A DNA stretch of 64,000 nt, taken from NCBI GenBank assembly GCA_905331295.1, contig CAJNYD010000242.1:1-64000 (forward strand), written 5' to 3'. The stretch's first letter is position 1. Each line of letters opens with the position of its first letter. Of this stretch, positions 58,429-64,000 are shown piece by piece. The stretch comes from Rotaria socialis. Lineage: Eukaryota. Below the pieces are notes generated by a model that saw only the letters and a list, made by a program, of their open reading frames with translations, was not told where the DNA came from and searched no databases. A program made the translations under genes and the position numbers.

Positions 58429-59245
58429 CAGGGTGGCCAGATCAAAAATTGAAAAATCAGAAAATATTTTTTCAAAATCAGAAATCAATCAGAAAATATC
58501 TCTCAAAAATCAGAAATTAATCAGAAAAATGATAGTTTTTGGCAAATTAGTAAGTTACATCGTCCGCTAAAATACTGACATCCAAAGTTCTGCTGCGTTT
58601 CTGTTCATTGACTGGAACTTTATTTTCAAAGATATTTCAATAAAACGAAAGACAATATAGTGAATATATCGTTTAGCTAATAAGAAGACATCAATAAAAA
58701 ATACGTAATGTTGAGCTTCGTTGTAAATTTAAAACGCGTTCATAAAAACGAGCAAAACTAAATCAAATACATTCTGCGTAGATGAAGAAGTCCAACGAGA
58801 AAAAAAGTATTAAATCCCATCATCTCGGTGTTGTTATTCATATTTCGAATCTTTTGGAATTTGCTCTAGGCAGTTTGTTTAAGATAACATATACTAATAA
58901 AACCTTCTCACGAATAATTACCATTCATTTTTTTATTTTAAGTTAAGCATTATCTGGTTTTATATTCTCGAATTACGATAATCGGACTATAAATGCTTTA
59001 CATGACCGAAAATCAATTCGACGCCAGAATTCGAACGAGGAATATAAAAGATGATTAATAGAGAAAATTGATGAAACACTGTTGATTTATTATAGCGATG
59101 GGCTATAATCGTACCTAATTTCATTGGCAAAGCAGGATCTGAATATATTCCAAATTCAGAAAAAATCAGAAGATCAGAAAAAAAATCAGAAACATGTTCA
59201 AAATTCACAATTTTTCCCTATTTTTCAAAAGATCTGACCACCCTG
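58429..59245 (-). mobile_element. Internally deleted hAT element with a transposase dimerisation-domain remnant
   Basis: TIR CAGGGTGGCCAGATC / GATCTGACCACCCTG. AATCAGAAA subterminal repeats. Minus-strand IPRSNSGVELIFGHVK resembles the hAT C-terminal IPxSNAxVERxFS motif. Confidence 0.82.
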
Positions 59246-59393
59246 GCCTACACCCTCTTCATTTTTTTTTTCAGTAACTTTAAACTATAAAAGCGATCAT
59301 CACTGATGAAAAGTTCAACTTGAGATTTATTCAGAATATTTTATTTATAGGATCAAACAAATGAATCGAGACCAAATAGATCAATCCGTCAAG

Positions 59394-59561
59394 CAGGAAC
59401 GGCGCGAGCGGGGGGAGGGCAACTTTGGAAATTTTTGTTTCAATTTTACTCCGATTTGAAGAAAATAGAAGAAATTTTTATTATTTTACTCCGATTTTTG
59501 AAAAAAAACCTTCCGTTTTCAAGTAACCCCCGTATATTTTTGTTGCTTCGCGCCGTCCCTG
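59394..59561. mobile_element. 168-bp hAT MITE with perfect 8-bp TSD
   Basis: TIR CAGGAACGGCGCGA / TCGCGCCGTCCCTG. TSD CCGTCAAG on both sides. Confidence 0.93.
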
Positions 59562-60759
59562 CCGTCAAGTACTGAAATTTAAATTCTGAGCTGTAATCAA
59601 AATGAAGAAAAGTAGTTGATTTCTATTGTTAGAAAAATCAATTTTGAGAAGAGCACGCATCTTGTACTATACGAGTACATAAAGTTGTACTTCGATTCGT
59701 TTTGAATATAACGAAAGATTCATTTCTTAGAATTTATATAAATCGTTTTTTCATAAATGGTTTAAATTTAAAGAATATTGTTCATCTTCTATAATATCGA
59801 AGAGCAGATATAGATCACTAGAATTTCAAACGTTAACAATTTTAGTTCAATGATTGTGGCAAAATTATCATTTATTGCAGAGCAAGAAATTCAATAGTAT
59901 TTTTATTATTAATATTCAAAGACACAAATAATGTGGACAGTAATGCTTATCAAGCTTACATCATTTTTAAAGTACTATTCCACAGTTGACATGAATGCTG
60001 CAATTGTATAAATTTATTTCTATACGATCCAAAATATTCTTCAAAATAATGTAGAACGTGAATTAGTGAGTGTTTCGCTGACTCACGATCGATAATCAAC
60101 CGTTAATAATCGGTCCTATGATACTCATAAGATCAGATTAAAGCATAATTGCAAATAAACCAGGAGCACAAGATCTTTTTTGAATTCAAACGGTGCCTAC
60201 AAGTAGGTATAGAGCGGTATAGAACCCATCGCACAGCCTCTTCCTGCAGTACACGCTTTTACAATGTTAAGTAAACTCACATAGAACATATACCACTCTA
60301 CTGTATGGTTTCAAACGTTCTACGTGAACAAGACCAAACCGACTACTTCCGGGCACAATTCTTTCGTGTAGCAAAATCTGAAAGCGGTGTGCGAAACTCT
60401 CATTTTTAATGAGCATTCACGTGAGTTTTATTAATAATACTGACTTAACCATAACACATACAGATTCGAAAGGCTTCATGCTGCACTGTAGTCTAAGAAG
60501 CAAACACTACGTGATACGACATCCTATAAAAGAACAATATTTTTTAATAGTCTCATTGAAGCATTTATCCTGACCGATTCATATTCGGTAGATATAATCA
60601 CAAGTAAAATATAACTTAGATCTACTTGGATTTCTTTTTATTCAAAAAAAGAACAATATAATTAAAATGTGATGATATTAAGCGTTTGGTAGTTTCTTTT
60701 TGATTAACAGATGTAAGATGTAATTATTTTATCATGCAAATAGAATAAACAGTCTTGCT

Positions 60760-62019
60760 TTAAGTGTTCGTATATGTGTAGCTGGTTTGTATTTCATTCT
60801 TAGGGATCATTGCAGCGAAAACAGTACTAATAAAACTTATGATAATCCCAACAATTCCTAAGATAGCTGCAGCACCCACTGTTACACCGCCACCATACAT
60901 GGCCCAGCTGATACCCAATGAAACGCCAACAATTCCAGAAATGAACGATACAGTGGCGCAAGCTTTCCCAAACATAATAAAACTTGCATTAGGGTTTTGT
61001 GAGATGCCAACCATTAATAAGAATAGAGCACCGAATGCTGACAATATACATGCGAAGGTGACGAACAATCGAGCCATGATTATTTTTATACATCTACCTA
61101 TGCTTGATGAGGGCACTCCAGTGCATCCTAATGGAAAATTTACACAAGTGGTTGTTCCAAACTTCACACACTCTCGCCATAGACCACCTTCTCCTACTGT
61201 ACGCCGCCTAATTTCACTACAGCCCTAAAAAGCATAGACAATTGTTCCTGTTTGATGAAAAGAACATAAACCATTATTTCAAAAGAAGAAAGTTTCAGCA
61301 GTATCGAAAAATTAAGAAACAAGAATTCCTTCTTGACAGAGTCTCAATTAACTTCTCAATGGTAGTATTTCGAGTAAATGGAAATTGATCATTAGTATCC
61401 ACATCGTTTATCTTGAATTATATGTTTTTTTAAAATGTAAGTATTCATGAATTTGTAAAAAGAGTTTAGAAAGAGGTTCTTGTGTTTGTCAGTTCTTGGA
61501 AGACTCTCGTTTGTTATTTATCTGTTATTGGATAGATAAAATTGTTGGTTTCCATAGAACAATAAAAACTTCACCTTGATATTTTTTACAAATATGAAAC
61601 TTCACATCATTGTGTCTTTTTGGTTTGACCTATAAACATCAATATTGACACTACTCTACTAGGAATAAAAAAAAATGTGTTCATTCCGCCAAAATATTGC
61701 AGTAAACAAATAATCAAAATACATTTAAAAGATATTTCTATCTGAGAAACCTAATGACAAAAACAAAATTCTTGTGGAATTTGATGTGTTAGTGCGCTAC
61801 ATTTGAAAAATGCTTCATGCGAGTTTTTCGTTCAATACACTTTCATATTTACTTCGATATTATTACTTTAATCTTTGGTGTTAAGCCTTAAAATATTTTG
61901 AAAACGATATGACATTATTATTCTTACCACGATGGCAAAGCATTGCTTAGAATAAATGCAAGACAGGCGAGTCCAAGTAGACCACATGAGACCAATCCTA
62001 ATCTATTTGAGTTTGCCAT
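60760..62019 (-). CDS. Claudin/PMP22-like tetraspan membrane protein, 2 exons (62019-61928, ~61224-60760), with a splice-phase conflict
   Basis: TM1 LGLVSCGLLGLACLAFILSNALPSW, then GLWREC...C...C, then three further hydrophobic segments. Confidence 0.7.
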
Positions 62020-62919
62020 CTATGCAGTTATATACCTAGCTATTCTCTTGAGTTATTGATGAAAAATGAAGAAACCTGATTATACAATGGGCTCTAATAG
62101 TGTCATTTTATAGGCTACTAATACATTGATAACAATAGTAGGAGAAAAAATAAAGAGACAAAATATGACGTAGGAGTGTTCTTTCACAACAAGATGAAAA
62201 TAACATTTAGAGTTTGCTCTTGAATCTAACAACAAATAGACAAGATAAATTAAACTATTTCTATGTGTGAGTCAACATGACTCTATAATGATTACTTGTT
62301 ATCTCGCGTCGTTTACAGGACTTATTTATCACAAAATGAAATATACTATCACCACTACTCTGATTTTTATCGTTACAGTATAAAAATGAATCCATATTTT
62401 AAACAATACGAAGTATAGAACTAGTACGAATATAATGTTTGATTTAAATTTAAAAAAATCGTTTATGATATAGCTTATTCAAGTTTTCAATAACTTACAT
62501 TCATCATTTTCAGGAACAACACTACCAAGAAAACATATCCAATATATTTTGGTGAATATTTATGTATGTCGTCCGTACCGTTTCACCTCGTTAGAAACAT
62601 TGTTCATTTCATCTTGAAGACTTGCATATGACTGCATGGAACAATGACAAATAGCCGAGCGGGGTTTCAAAATTTACTCAATTTCACTCAATGTAGAACC
62701 ATGTGCACCTTGTATATCATATTTTTTTTTCATGCCACAAAGTATCTAGCAAGAGAATCCGATGCATCAGCATCCTTTAAGTTATTTGAATAGAGAAATA
62801 TTTTATAGAGCCTATCGAAATTATCATATATCTGTTTAGAATCTGAGCGATTGAGAGTACAGCCGATAAAAATAAGTGTCTTATATTGAAGTAATATTTG
62901 TGAATATAATTATAATTTA

Positions 62920-62955
62920 TTTTTCTTTTCTTTTCTTTTCTTTTCTTTTCTTTTC
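62920..62955. repeat. (TTTTC)n microsatellite
   Basis: Direct observation. Confidence 0.9.
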
Positions 62956-62959
62956 AGAA

Positions 62960-63464
62960 GCGCTACACGAGCAAACCATTTCAAACGGAATGAAGAAGTA
63001 CGCAGTGATAAGAGCCATTCTTAGCGTTGGTTCAGTTTTGCAATAAGTTTCTGCTGATTGTAATACTTCTTTCACATAAAAATGCTTAGTTGGTTCACAT
63101 CATCATATAGAAAACAAACTATTCCAAATCCAGACCGTTGATAAACTTTATTCATTAGTGTTATAGGATGCTTTGTTGAATTCGAATTCGATTCTCTGTA
63201 TCCAATTTCACTCAAGCTCTTGAAGTCGAAGACTTTTTGTTGCAAAGCATTGGCTGTCGCTACTGATCTGTATATTATTGTTTTATTAGTGATAAATAGA
63301 TCTTTTGTCGGTATCATCTTCTCCTTTTCATTCTTGAATGACAATTGAAATAAATCAAAATAAATAATCAATTTAGTCACCGCTATTATGAATATCAATA
63401 ATTTAAAACATCGAATTCGACAAAATTTTGCTGCTCTATGTTGAATCGAAATTATAACACTCAT
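62960..63464 (-). pseudogene. Frameshifted type II membrane protein, possibly a glycosyltransferase-like relic
   Basis: Short basic N-terminus, one TM segment, a stem, then FGIVCFLY. After a shift in a T run near 63078 it continues YVKEVLQSAETYCKTEPTLRMALIT. Downstream sequence is degraded. Confidence 0.4.
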
Positions 63465-64000
63465 AATCCTCCAATCGCTGATGAGTCGTGCGTTTTTCTT
63501 AGGGAAAAATTGATATGTGAGAGAGTGGGGGAATGAATTGTGAGGAATTCGAATTCTATGTTAAACAATACATTGATTGGGTTGAGACGATTCGTAACGT
63601 TGATTCGTATAGTAAAGAAAATAATTCTTCAAAGTTGATGTTTCAATGTTTAGTAGACGTAAAAGTTTCCACCACCAGAAGCTTTAGAGTCTTATTCAGA
63701 AATGGACTAAAATAGCACTATAGGACACATTTAATAGATTATTTATAGTACTAAATTCTACTGTTAACTGATTCAATCTTATATACTGTCATTGTATAGC
63801 TACCAAAGAAGACTTTCTAACGATAAACTATAAACTTCTCATTTTTCCTTGGTCAAACTGGAATCTATAAGTTTTTACCGGTTTGCTCATACGAATTGAA
63901 GAAAAATTTCTAGAAATACGTAGAAAAACTGCTGAAGGAACTGAGAATTAACCGTTTTTGGAGAGCTGACTTTTCCCAGGTTTGCTTCTTCAGTTGAAAA

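Overview
AT-rich eukaryotic genomic DNA with many short (~50-65 nt) GT-AG introns. The gene content (NHL-propeller paralogues, F-box family gene, bacterial-type pentapeptide-repeat gene, divergent cullin) points to a bdelloid rotifer (inference). Conserved genes: citrate synthase, an Sts/UBASH3-like histidine phosphatase, PP2A B'' subunit, RacGAP1, NDRG, a DUSP-fold pseudophosphatase and a claudin-like protein. Expanded-family genes: two NHL genes, a CUL1-like gene, an F-box gene with an in-frame stop, and a pentapeptide-repeat gene. About a dozen non-autonomous DNA transposons or fragments (hAT-, CMC/EnSpm-, Transib- and Merlin/MULE-like ends) are interspersed, several with clear TSDs. The most notable structure is in the cullin gene: a five-exon block is present twice in tandem. 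Both copies are open and strongly diverged, and they are joined by an out-of-frame chimeric exon, so full-length protein needs either/or use of the blocks; two hyperdivergent alleles assembled in tandem is the alternative. No rRNA, tRNA or CRISPR features were seen. Exon boundaries were read by eye.
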